This document shows, one piece after another, positions 56,401-64,000 of a stretch of 64,000 nt of DNA. This DNA comes from a virus. The stretch lies in IMG/VR virus record IMGVR_UViG_3300045988_171858; one strand, 5' to 3'. Every line of letters begins with the position of its first letter. Position 1 is the first letter of the stretch. The notes under the pieces were generated by a model that was not told where the DNA came from, searched no databases, and saw only the letters and a list, made by a program, of their open reading frames with translations. Both the position numbers and the translations under genes were made by a program.

Positions 56401-59293
56401 TATTAGAGGCGAAAGTAATGACCTTGATAAGGCACACAGAGAGTTTGCATTAGAATGGCGCTCTATTCCAATGCCCAATGGCCGTTCAGCAAGTGCAAGC
56501 GGCGATAAAGTTCACGCCGGTTACACTCCAGAAAGAGTAAGACAGGCACTACTTGCAGCAAGAGCAGCGTATGTTAAATCGCTGTCTAGCGGCAAGAATA
56601 AGGAGCAGGCACAGGAAGAGGCTGTTGCGTCAACCGCGCTTGCAAGGGTTTCTGCCGGTGAAGATGTGTCAAAGGTTGCTGAAGGTTACATTAACGAACT
56701 TTATGCTGGCCGTGAAAAAGACCCAATCGAAGCAATTGTAGACCCAGTTCCATGGACAGAGGAAATTCAAGCTAAGTCTAGGCTTGAAAACTTTGTCAAA
56801 GACCTGAATCGAGGAATCCAAAAATTGATTCCGACATACAAGGTTTATATGGTTCACGGTAATGACGAAAACAGTTTGATTAACCTAATCAACTATCGTC
56901 AACATGCATCATACTACGAAGTTCCTGCAGTTAGAAACATTCGCGTAGAAATGGCAAATCAGGATAACCCTGTTGCTGTCGCTACATTTGAAGTTCTTAA
57001 TGCTTTAAATACAGCTTCTGATCCTAAAGAAATCAGAGCCTTAAAGCCTGAGAATGTGGATATACGCTCCTTAAACTCTGACGCGGCCCGTATTATTTCA
57101 ATGGACCAAATCAGACTCAAAGCTGGCAATAAAATCCAGATTAGAATGGGATACGGGAACGATCCTAATAAGCTGTCTGTTGTATTTAATGGAATCGTAA
57201 CAGAGTCTGACGGCGGAGAAGTTCTGACAATTGTAGCAGAAGGCTTCGGTAGAGAGCTTCAAAACGAGCAATTGTTTATCGGCGATGTAGTGCCAACATT
57301 CTCTTTCCTTTCCGATATTGACAACCTCTATGTATCAGCAGCGGTGGCTAAAGTTCTTAAGTCGGCTAATCTAGATAGCTTTGGTAGAAACCCAAGATGG
57401 TTTGCAGACAATGCAGACTTTAGAGATGTAAGAGGTATGAGCAACGAAACTGCCGCTTCAACCCTCGTTGGTGATAGCGGCATAGGGTTCAGTAATTCTC
57501 TATGGAATTCACAGCTAGACGAATACTTCTTCTATTCTGCAAAAGGCGCAACGGAGAGCCTGGAAAACTTCTGGCTTATGAATGTTGATATGGCAGACCG
57601 ATTCTTTGTTACAAGCCTAAAAGACCTGTTCCCATTCTCGCTGAATGATTTCTTCTCAAACTTCAATGTTGTTAATAAGACTGTTTGGGATGTATTAACA
57701 ACCGGCCGCCGCATGTTCCCATCATCTGTCCTATTGGTTAAAAACATCGAAGGACGCTCTACAACATTCGCAGGGATTAAAGAGCAGATGATGATAGGTA
57801 AAGAAAAGCCAACATCATTAGCAGCAGAACTGCTATCCAAGATTCAGAAGAAAGCAGACTTCAAGAAAGAGGCAGACTCAGCCCTAGCTGGAGACACCAC
57901 AGGTATCGGCCAATTCGTAGCAGAAAACGAACTAAAAGAGAAGACAAAGATCATTGGAGAGCAAACATTAAAAAACAATGGCTCCGATATTATTGACTTA
58001 CTGGATGCGGCAAACGCAGACAAATACGTCGACATCTCCTCTTATGTTCCTGCTACAAACTTCCATATGATTAACAGTTCTTACAATCTAATTTCAAATC
58101 AACTAAGACTAGACCAGAACTGTATCACTGGCGCTAAAGTAGAATACAATAGCGACCCAGAGGATTTTGGATACGGAGAGAATATCTTTGATATGAAAGC
58201 AAACGGCGGCCTTAAAGGTTCGCTTGCCAAGTTCGGATATATCAACGATAACTCCATTAGCTCTGTTGGTATGGCTATCAAAACTGCTCAAGGTTATTTA
58301 CTAGAAGAACTGGAAAAGATGTATGATGGTGCGGTTATCATTACCGGTAATCCGGACGTTCAGCCTGGCGACTATGCATTCATTCAAGATGACCTGAGAA
58401 ATATGTCGGGTGTGATTAAATGCCGCGAAGTTCAGCATGTATTTACAGACTTCGACGGGTATGTAACAATCATTACCCCAGGTATGTTTGTAGAGCCGTC
58501 AACTCATATGTATTCAAATTTGTATATGAAACTTGGCATCTTTATGAACTTTGTTTCAACAGCAGCATCTGAGTACGCTCAGGTGTCAAGCGCAGAAACA
58601 ATTCCAGGTCTAATCTATGAGCAAACAGCATTCCAACCAACTGACCTTGGTGCTTCCGTATACCTTCTTGGCGTAGGAAACGTTGCAGTAGGTGGACTAT
58701 CAGCAGCTTTGACGTATGGTGCGGCAAGTCGTATACTTGGTGGCCCTGCCATAAGTAGGGGCCTATCATTGGCAGCACGGGCAGGTAAGGCCGTTGCAGG
58801 TGCAGGTTGGGTTCGCTCATTAGCACACACGGCAATGTCATTTGGTTCTTCTGTTGGTTCAAAAGCACTACAAGTTCTACCAAGAGCAGCTAAGGTTATA
58901 TCGGCAGTCCGGAGCGTAATTGCAGGCGGAAGATCATTAGCATTAGCAGCAGCTGGTGCTGCGGCAGGAGGATTCATTGCCACGGCAGCAGTATCGGCCC
59001 TTGTAGTGGTTCTTGTATATGGTGCACTGGCCATGGTACAAAACCTAATTGAATCATATGCACTTAAACTCGAAATGAGACACCGTGCATTGATGAAATT
59101 CCCAGTCAAGGTTTATGGCCAAGAATACACAGCAGGCTTAACAGGATGGAATGATACAGAGACTCCATTAGAATTACAAATAGAGACAGTAAAAGAAAGC
59201 ATTAGGGCTTTAGGCGACATCAGCGAGGCTTCAACTCGGGCCGGTTACGATGGTTCTAAATATGCCTTATATTTTAAACTAGCTACGGATTAA
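53408..59293 (+). CDS. giant multidomain tail hub/lysin protein (1961 aa): M23 peptidase, lysozyme/transglycosylase-like, gpD-like hub region and hydrophobic Gly/Ala tail
   Basis: The M23 region is GRHMGLDMPVPVGSPV...GYGNVIYVKHANGIETRYAHL...GNTGGSTGPHLHYEIR (about 55640-55980). The transglycosylase-like region is ISAGESGGSYDIANW...AVGKYQTIP (about 56100-56500). The gpD/late-control-D-like region is LKAGNKIQIRMGYGNDPNKLSVVFNGIVTESDGGEVLTIVAEGFG. The C-terminal hydrophobic stretch spans about 58600-59060. Confidence 0.7.
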   Translation: MARFTFSINGMLDLEPISFDKVDKFYTTQHEFLRDTSVLTSKSRYSEMLHLATFAFDASDAKDIERLQTLIAICNSFPYVFIRSDAIVENHLMPLNLAIGSGYYMYALHEFQAEMSSTDADQGVVTVSLRLQMVNWKPLAKSIKFISIEEGSEVKTKSGKVRNISEYNGEDGDQVVSTGSYVKYVDNPEESNLLNYMVEKNTSEDIEALLNSGLSRSFEFNLGWPLVMTDIQFEGRPKSDFCWNLVRQFRTLKTVDLEGSLQTKEGKKTSQANISEVTDDNAERYDETGRIWVGYVRERLAGTNVKDGGVALQSITVRRRNRFANQTVQGFVYPYAQYLGRSPSEVLITTAVNHTKGMASTTAMQAIKKADEMTNYVRVSTPALKGLDVLAIENPLVNGLGIKYAILDSSHATTSGSLNNLLINNFTFIESDSYGAIESSRYVLASSVNGWNDSANKAQRLIDVIGQYRALKKDGSSTSEYNNMISMINSRLADALDKSAKAELSEAKSLQESDVYKKADDTQKSVYITQLYLQLVSANTASGSEERITLERIRLLDSEMESLYFEVITNLNPITIKGLKEDLKKEKDWIDKLEGNYTSFNGEGIPDLRIKEIFENLTPTKEYKSWKDLSSFPFIYDQGILSPDKVVAYWDEKLPEINKLLEATGALIKTDLNIYTTAPAMNDAGGNSTTGASVMVQNPDGGTSPKRKANVELVYTRDQYERDYKVSTGSNKRLLPLESIVAYTRLGRDLQNFGGRHMGLDMPVPVGSPVRVADDGVVAVAKFQMNKNGKRGYGNVIYVKHANGIETRYAHLSRILVREGSRVGRGQVIGLSGNTGGSTGPHLHYEIRINDKVISPKAYYGKSTNGPSSIATSSKTNSSYSAAAYARGGSRARSSIMTLKEFISAGESGGSYDIANWYIGKRLSSGNRGISNKTVAQVMAMQSAGQLYAVGKYQTIPVTLRAAVQGLRLPGSTPMSPSVQEKIGTWLIFNKRPALGAYIRGESNDLDKAHREFALEWRSIPMPNGRSASASGDKVHAGYTPERVRQALLAARAAYVKSLSSGKNKEQAQEEAVASTALARVSAGEDVSKVAEGYINELYAGREKDPIEAIVDPVPWTEEIQAKSRLENFVKDLNRGIQKLIPTYKVYMVHGNDENSLINLINYRQHASYYEVPAVRNIRVEMANQDNPVAVATFEVLNALNTASDPKEIRALKPENVDIRSLNSDAARIISMDQIRLKAGNKIQIRMGYGNDPNKLSVVFNGIVTESDGGEVLTIVAEGFGRELQNEQLFIGDVVPTFSFLSDIDNLYVSAAVAKVLKSANLDSFGRNPRWFADNADFRDVRGMSNETAASTLVGDSGIGFSNSLWNSQLDEYFFYSAKGATESLENFWLMNVDMADRFFVTSLKDLFPFSLNDFFSNFNVVNKTVWDVLTTGRRMFPSSVLLVKNIEGRSTTFAGIKEQMMIGKEKPTSLAAELLSKIQKKADFKKEADSALAGDTTGIGQFVAENELKEKTKIIGEQTLKNNGSDIIDLLDAANADKYVDISSYVPATNFHMINSSYNLISNQLRLDQNCITGAKVEYNSDPEDFGYGENIFDMKANGGLKGSLAKFGYINDNSISSVGMAIKTAQGYLLEELEKMYDGAVIITGNPDVQPGDYAFIQDDLRNMSGVIKCREVQHVFTDFDGYVTIITPGMFVEPSTHMYSNLYMKLGIFMNFVSTAASEYAQVSSAETIPGLIYEQTAFQPTDLGASVYLLGVGNVAVGGLSAALTYGAASRILGGPAISRGLSLAARAGKAVAGAGWVRSLAHTAMSFGSSVGSKALQVLPRAAKVISAVRSVIAGGRSLALAAAGAAAGGFIATAAVSALVVVLVYGALAMVQNLIESYALKLEMRHRALMKFPVKVYGQEYTAGLTGWNDTETPLELQIETVKESIRALGDISEASTRAGYDGSKYALYFKLATD

Positions 59294-59294
59294 T

Positions 59295-59978
59295 ATGTCA
59301 ACAGTCCTAGTAAATAAATCTGGGGCTGACTTTACAAGAGTCGGCTCCATACAATCTGTTTCAATTCAGGGAACTCAACTATTTGCCGTAATCAGACTTG
59401 AGGGTGAGCCCATGCGGGATATGATGGGAAACACTGTCAGCTGCGGTCGGCATCTAGTCGGGCTTCCAAGATATGCCCCAGAAAGCACAGCAACAATGGC
59501 AGAGCTATTGATACCAATCAACATTAATAGCTCTGTTCAGGCTATAGACCCAAAGACACTTATCGACTGTCGCGTAATGGTATTTTTCACATCAACAGGA
59601 TTTCCTGAAGGTGCAACCATTATTAATAATTCAGATGCACGAGTTATGACTAGGCGGGAGTTATTTGATTTGCGGTCTAGGAATAAGGATGGTATAATAG
59701 ACCAACTGACAAAGAAAGAAGTCCAGGCAGTAAGCAATGAGGCCTCCAAAAATCTGGAGGTTATTCAAAGCGAGGTCTATGACCCCAGATTCCATAAGGG
59801 CGCAGTAGGTGTATATGGCAGCGAACAAAGCATGTTTGTAGCAGCTCCATCACACCAGTCTCAATATGTAGATTTCTCAACCCGTATTGACAAGAAGTAC
59901 ACAATACTGGACGTACAAAAAGAAACAAGAACAAAAGACTGCTATATGCCCGCAACAGTTTTCACAGGACGTAGTTAA
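59295..59978 (+). CDS. hypothetical baseplate-module protein
   Basis: 227-aa ORF between the hub-like giant and the gp25-like gene. Confidence 0.7.
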   Translation: MSTVLVNKSGADFTRVGSIQSVSIQGTQLFAVIRLEGEPMRDMMGNTVSCGRHLVGLPRYAPESTATMAELLIPININSSVQAIDPKTLIDCRVMVFFTSTGFPEGATIINNSDARVMTRRELFDLRSRNKDGIIDQLTKKEVQAVSNEASKNLEVIQSEVYDPRFHKGAVGVYGSEQSMFVAAPSHQSQYVDFSTRIDKKYTILDVQKETRTKDCYMPATVFTGRS

Positions 59979-60304
59979 TGTCTCTCATTCTAAGACCATC
60001 TCCAACGAGCTCAACGGTCATCGATGTAAGAGAAGATGTAACTGCTGTATCAGCAGGCTCAATGTCTGTTTCAGTTCATAAGGATTACGGGACGTTTGTT
60101 AACGGCCCGTTTTCTGTATCTGCATCTCCAACATCAATGACATTCGGCGGATTCTACAAATTCAATCCGGTAGCCTTATCTGGTATGCCGTCTACAATCA
60201 TTACTCCAGTTCCAACATTTGAAGTTACAGTTCCAACAAAAAATATCGGGACACAACAAATATTAAACTCCATCGTGGTAAGCACCATTACGGGGATCTT
60301 TTAA
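59978..60304 (+). CDS. hypothetical baseplate-module protein
   Basis: 108-aa ORF with a TAATG overlap at each end. Confidence 0.65.
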   Translation: MSLILRPSPTSSTVIDVREDVTAVSAGSMSVSVHKDYGTFVNGPFSVSASPTSMTFGGFYKFNPVALSGMPSTIITPVPTFEVTVPTKNIGTQQILNSIVVSTITGIF

Positions 60305-60723
60305 TGTACTCTAAGAATATACAAAGAGACCTTCGTATGGATAAATACGGGGACATCTCATTCAGCGGATACGACATTAAAACCACAAGAAACGAAAATG
60401 ATATTGTCGTTCAGAATTCCGCTCATAGAATCATGACCAGTCATAGAGATTTATTTTTGCATAGACTATATGGTGCTAATCTCCAATCCTTTATTGGTAG
60501 AAAGATTAACCAAGCTCTTGCAACAGAAATCCAACGGTCTATTGTAGATTCGTTAACATCAGACAATTTTTTAAACGCATCTCAGCTCTCAGTTATTCCA
60601 ATTCTTGATAGAGATAAAATCTTCTTCAAAATATCAGTTGGAACAACAGGAGATTTCCTTACAAATAGGGAAAACGAGTTGAATATAGTCTTCAGTCCTT
60701 CTGGAGGAATTAGATATGTTTAG
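60304..60723 (+). CDS. baseplate wedge protein, gp25/GpW-like
   Basis: 139 aa. IVVQNSAHRIMTSHRDLFLHRLYGANLQSFIG...EIQRSIVDSL fits the gp25-like pattern, and the gene sits directly upstream of the J-like gene. Confidence 0.5.
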   Translation: MYSKNIQRDLRMDKYGDISFSGYDIKTTRNENDIVVQNSAHRIMTSHRDLFLHRLYGANLQSFIGRKINQALATEIQRSIVDSLTSDNFLNASQLSVIPILDRDKIFFKISVGTTGDFLTNRENELNIVFSPSGGIRYV

Positions 60724-61858
60724 TGAAGTCACTAATCCCACATTAACAAAAAGACGCATCCTTCAGAAGATGGCAGAAGTTACAGGCGTGAATAATGACA
60801 GTCGGTCATCTATTATGTCTGGTATTGCCGAGTCTGTTGGTGGTGTTGTTTCCGATTCTGTTAAATACTCTAATGGTCTTGTTAATAGCACCTACACAGA
60901 GTTCGCGGTTGGGGAAACCCTAACAAACAATGCCCTTGAATTCGGAGTGGTAAGGGACATCTATTCCGACATTTATATAGACGAACAGGATGCAGCCATA
61001 GTATTAGAGCCGGAAAACGGTATCTCATTCCCAAGATTCTCTGACGGCAAATTGGCAATTAAAGCCGGCAAGCAATTCAAAATTGGCGCATCTACAATCG
61101 AAGTTCTCAAAGATGTCCATATCTCCGCAAACGAAGTGTCAATCCCTATCGCCGCCAGAGTTATTTCAAACTCCCAGTCGGACATTAAAACAAACGCCTA
61201 TATTGACATCTTTAGCAAGGACAACATTCATACTACCGGCGCAATCCTTCGCTTTAAGAAGCCAATCCATAACCGCCTGTACGAAGAAACAGACCTTCAG
61301 CTTCGAAGCAGAGTATTCCTAGCTAAGAATAAAACACATGGCTCTAGCAATGCCGCATTGGCAGGAATCGTATCTTCAATCCCTCTTATCAAATATTACG
61401 ACATCGAAGAGGACAAGTCCCTAGGTGTAACAAGAGTTTATGTTGCTACAGCTAAGACTATTCTTGATGAGGCGGAACAAAACTTTGAGGCTATCACCTC
61501 AGCCATTCGTGCAAGAGCTGATTATAAACTATCTGCAGAACAAAGAATCGAAGTTTATGAAGCAGAAGTAATCAGACTATCTCCATTGTATACATACAAA
61601 AATGTAACCGAAGATATGGCTATGGCGGCTATGGCGGATGCATTTAACAGTATCTATACTCCATTCTCAAAGACCGTTAATATCGACGAGCTTAATAAGC
61701 GAATCGTTGAATCAGGCATCGGAGTTACAGTTGATAGATTTGTAACCTCACATAAAAAGTTGGGGATTATAGGCTCACAATCTAGCGGCACCCTTGCTAT
61801 TGATGGCCCGTATATCGTTGTATTCTCAGATGCAGAGGCACAAGGGGCACCAGAGTGA
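60716..61858 (+). CDS. baseplate J-like (gp6/GpJ-like) protein
   Basis: 380 aa following the gp25-like gene. The LRSRVFLAKNKTHGSSNAALAGIVSSIPLIKYYD...GVTRVYVAT segment resembles the Baseplate_J core pattern. Confidence 0.45.
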   Translation: MFSEVTNPTLTKRRILQKMAEVTGVNNDSRSSIMSGIAESVGGVVSDSVKYSNGLVNSTYTEFAVGETLTNNALEFGVVRDIYSDIYIDEQDAAIVLEPENGISFPRFSDGKLAIKAGKQFKIGASTIEVLKDVHISANEVSIPIAARVISNSQSDIKTNAYIDIFSKDNIHTTGAILRFKKPIHNRLYEETDLQLRSRVFLAKNKTHGSSNAALAGIVSSIPLIKYYDIEEDKSLGVTRVYVATAKTILDEAEQNFEAITSAIRARADYKLSAEQRIEVYEAEVIRLSPLYTYKNVTEDMAMAAMADAFNSIYTPFSKTVNIDELNKRIVESGIGVTVDRFVTSHKKLGIIGSQSSGTLAIDGPYIVVFSDAEAQGAPE

Positions 61859-63282
61859 AGCAAAACTTATCGCTCAATCTTCTGACAAAATATTTCGCCA
61901 AATGGTCAACTCCCTATTTGTCACCATATTCAAATGTAGGTAGAGTTCTCTCTCCTATATCTGACATCATCAATTCAAACATTGAATACGCATCCAATCT
62001 AATAAACACCAGATACAGACAGTCTGGTCTAGATACATACTCAAAGCTCTATACAATTCCGTCATATGGGGAATATAAAAAGGTAGAGTCCGAATCTACA
62101 AGGATTATCTCTGCAAATGGAAATGTCGAATATATCGGCACTTCTGTTTTAGAGAATATCGGACAATACGGTGAAGAGTTTTTTGGGTTGTATCCTGCAA
62201 CCGGTGTAGAGCTTTTAGAAGACCCTTCCAACTGGCTTGAGGATTCTTTCTCAGTCAGTTTGGAGCCGGGCGAGACTCACCTTAATTTAAGGTTTGTTTC
62301 TCCTAATAGGGCCTATATCACATCAGCAGGAGGTGCAGAAAATATCCCGGTCATCATAAGCGGATACACCAAAGACTACAAATATGTAGCTGAGTCCATT
62401 ACGATCACCCATAAGGGATGCTTTGAATCATTCAATGAGTTCTCAGAAATCTGTTCAGTTCAAACTCCAATCAAAATTGATATTTCTAATTATGTAGATT
62501 GCCAAGACGAGCATTCTATCGTAACCAAAGAGACATTACCTAGCAGGGTAACAGACTTGGACGGTTCATTCCTGGACGCCGGCCTAACCTTTGATGAAGA
62601 AACAGTATTTATCGTAGACAAGGCCAGAGAATTAGAATCTCCTATTGGCCAATACGATATGGAAATCCCTGCAAGATTTGGATTCCTATCTTCTATCATG
62701 GACGTTTATACTATTGATGAAGCCGGATGGTTAGGTGTAGCCAAACCGACATTTAACCTATCTTCAGATACAATAGCAGACGGCTCTGCAAACAATAACG
62801 AATACGTCTACCTAGAGGACTACGAACATAGAGTTGGGTCAGTTATTAGAGCAAGAGTAAAGGCTCATCAAATAGCAGCACGGTCAAGCAGTAACAATAT
62901 CAGAATCTCGGTTAAGAACGGAGAAACTCTGTATTATGTGGACCGCTTTGGTAATCTTATGGTCGATGAGAACACATGGATTGATGCACGAATGACGGCA
63001 GATATTATTAACATCGCCATCATGTGTGACAACAAAGATCCATACTTGTTTAAAGTGGAAGACGAGGACGGGAATACCTACTCGACAATGCTTGCACAAA
63101 TGGTGTCGCAATACACTGACATTATCGATGGATGCACGGCGATGTATCTTTACAACAAAGAATTATACGTTGTAAGAAAGGGTTCTCTATATAAGGTTCG
63201 GCCATTAAGACACATTTACTCCAGATACAATAGCTCTAGGATTGCACTAGATTCGGATTACGGAAAGATTAAAGTATCATGA
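61855..63282 (+). CDS. hypothetical baseplate/fibre-module protein
   Basis: 475-aa ORF with a GTG or ATG start overlapping the previous stop. Confidence 0.7.
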   Translation: MKQNLSLNLLTKYFAKWSTPYLSPYSNVGRVLSPISDIINSNIEYASNLINTRYRQSGLDTYSKLYTIPSYGEYKKVESESTRIISANGNVEYIGTSVLENIGQYGEEFFGLYPATGVELLEDPSNWLEDSFSVSLEPGETHLNLRFVSPNRAYITSAGGAENIPVIISGYTKDYKYVAESITITHKGCFESFNEFSEICSVQTPIKIDISNYVDCQDEHSIVTKETLPSRVTDLDGSFLDAGLTFDEETVFIVDKARELESPIGQYDMEIPARFGFLSSIMDVYTIDEAGWLGVAKPTFNLSSDTIADGSANNNEYVYLEDYEHRVGSVIRARVKAHQIAARSSSNNIRISVKNGETLYYVDRFGNLMVDENTWIDARMTADIINIAIMCDNKDPYLFKVEDEDGNTYSTMLAQMVSQYTDIIDGCTAMYLYNKELYVVRKGSLYKVRPLRHIYSRYNSSRIALDSDYGKIKVS

Positions 63283-63908
63283 TTAAAGTAGAAACAATCG
63301 ACATTAATCCGTTCAAAAGGGCGGAGCTTTCTCCGTCCTATGCTAAGACTATCGGAGAGACATATCCTGCTATTGCAATCTATAACACAGATAAAGTTAT
63401 TTCTGTGTATGATGGGATCATGAAAGTAGACAATGAGTCGATTGACCTTAAAGATTTAACCATCGGCGGGCTATTTAAACTTTTGAAAACAAAAGGTATT
63501 TCGACAAAAGTCTTTAAGGGCATGGAAAAACTTCCAGCCCTTTCTATTGCAAACTACTCAAATGTAGACCTGGTTGTTACAGAAGCAAGACGTTCTCCAA
63601 TCTACATTGCATCTCTTGTATCTGAATATATTGCTAAGGGCCTGATTGGAAGTTATAATGAGAATGTTGAGATAAGAATCCTTAGCGACAACACCATCGC
63701 GGGGAATAGAAAATACTTCTCAGAAAGCTCAGAACTGCCGGTTGAAATCGAGAGTCTGCATAGAGCCAAAACATTCGTCCTATTGGCAGCAGATGCAAAC
63801 GTAATTAGAGGTACGAAGAGAATCAAAGACATTAAGCAAGTCAATGATGCAATAGTTGACTTTAATCTTAAAACATATGGGAGAGATAATGCCTACATTA
63901 ACCTATGA
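63279..63908 (+). CDS. hypothetical baseplate/fibre-module protein
   Basis: 209-aa ORF. Confidence 0.7.
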   Translation: MIKVETIDINPFKRAELSPSYAKTIGETYPAIAIYNTDKVISVYDGIMKVDNESIDLKDLTIGGLFKLLKTKGISTKVFKGMEKLPALSIANYSNVDLVVTEARRSPIYIASLVSEYIAKGLIGSYNENVEIRILSDNTIAGNRKYFSESSELPVEIESLHRAKTFVLLAADANVIRGTKRIKDIKQVNDAIVDFNLKTYGRDNAYINL

Positions 63909-64000
63909 CGTAAGAGTCGGGGCTAGAGCTGGAGTATCTCCCGAATACCGGAGCCCACCTCTTAGACTGTCAGAAATAGACCCTAATAGAAACCATCTAT
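63889..64000 (+). CDS. hypothetical protein, partial (continues beyond window)
   Basis: An ATG at 63889 is preceded by GGGAGAG. The frame (MPTLTYDVRVGARAGVSPEYRSPPLRLSEIDPNRNHL...) is open to the window edge. Confidence 0.55.
   Translation, partial: MPTLTYDVRVGARAGVSPEYRSPPLRLSEIDPNRNHL

Noticed and set aside
58615-59109. 164-aa minus-strand ORF, and a 113-aa one at 58542..58883, antisense to the 3' end of the 1961-aa gene.
   Set aside because: Both arise from the GC-rich Ala/Gly-coding stretch, where GCN/GGN codons read as open antisense frames. Both are embedded in a long supported gene.
1-64000. Scanned for tRNA genes (GTTCRANYC T-loop contexts), rRNA, CRISPR-style regularly spaced repeats, and integrase or transposase genes.
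   Set aside because: I found none. The only regular repeats are the iteron-like array at 2.1-2.35 kb, the motif array at 7.25-7.6 kb and in-frame coding repeats.

Overview
This window is a tailed-phage packaging, head, tail and baseplate region, and one tail-module gene looks like a single-chain RNA polymerase. From 2.7 kb to the end almost every gene is on the + strand and tightly packed, often with overlapping stop and start codons.

Gene order:
- **Left end (1-2000):** a minus-strand gene running off the window edge and two tiny minus-strand membrane or secreted peptides.
- **2001-2689:** a divergent intergenic region with a G-depleted repeat array.
- **2690-5466:** Gly/Ala-rich proteins and a lysis cassette ending in a GH24 lysozyme.
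- **5504-6370:** one reverse-oriented orphan gene.
- **6416-7894:** an ORF-free region with a perfect sigma70 consensus promoter, intrinsic terminators and repeat motifs.
- **7895-12521:** a Cys-rich protein interrupted by a canonical 149-aa mini-intein, a TnsA-like PD-(D/E)XK nuclease, a DEDDh exonuclease and a Gly-rich protein.
- **12521-23263:** large terminase, portal candidate, prohead protease/scaffold fusion, an abundant 292-aa head protein and an HK97-like major capsid protein.
- **23359-38237:** about 14 kb of unrecognised structural-size genes.
- **38250-43612:** tail sheath and three tube paralogues, one fused to a staphylococcal-nuclease domain.
- **43609-59293:** two chaperone-position genes, then three giant proteins of 1256, 1667 and 1961 aa.
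- **59295-64000:** baseplate genes, including gp25/W-like and J-like candidates.

Most interesting: the 1667-aa protein carries, in the correct order, motifs resembling the beta (GDK..RHGNKG, GGQRFGEME) and beta-prime (R-x-P ... NADFDGD) catalytic signatures of two-barrel RNA polymerases. This suggests a virion or ejection-module single-chain RNA polymerase in a contractile-tailed phage.

I saw no tRNA, rRNA or CRISPR array. All calls come from reading the sequence and translations, with no database search.
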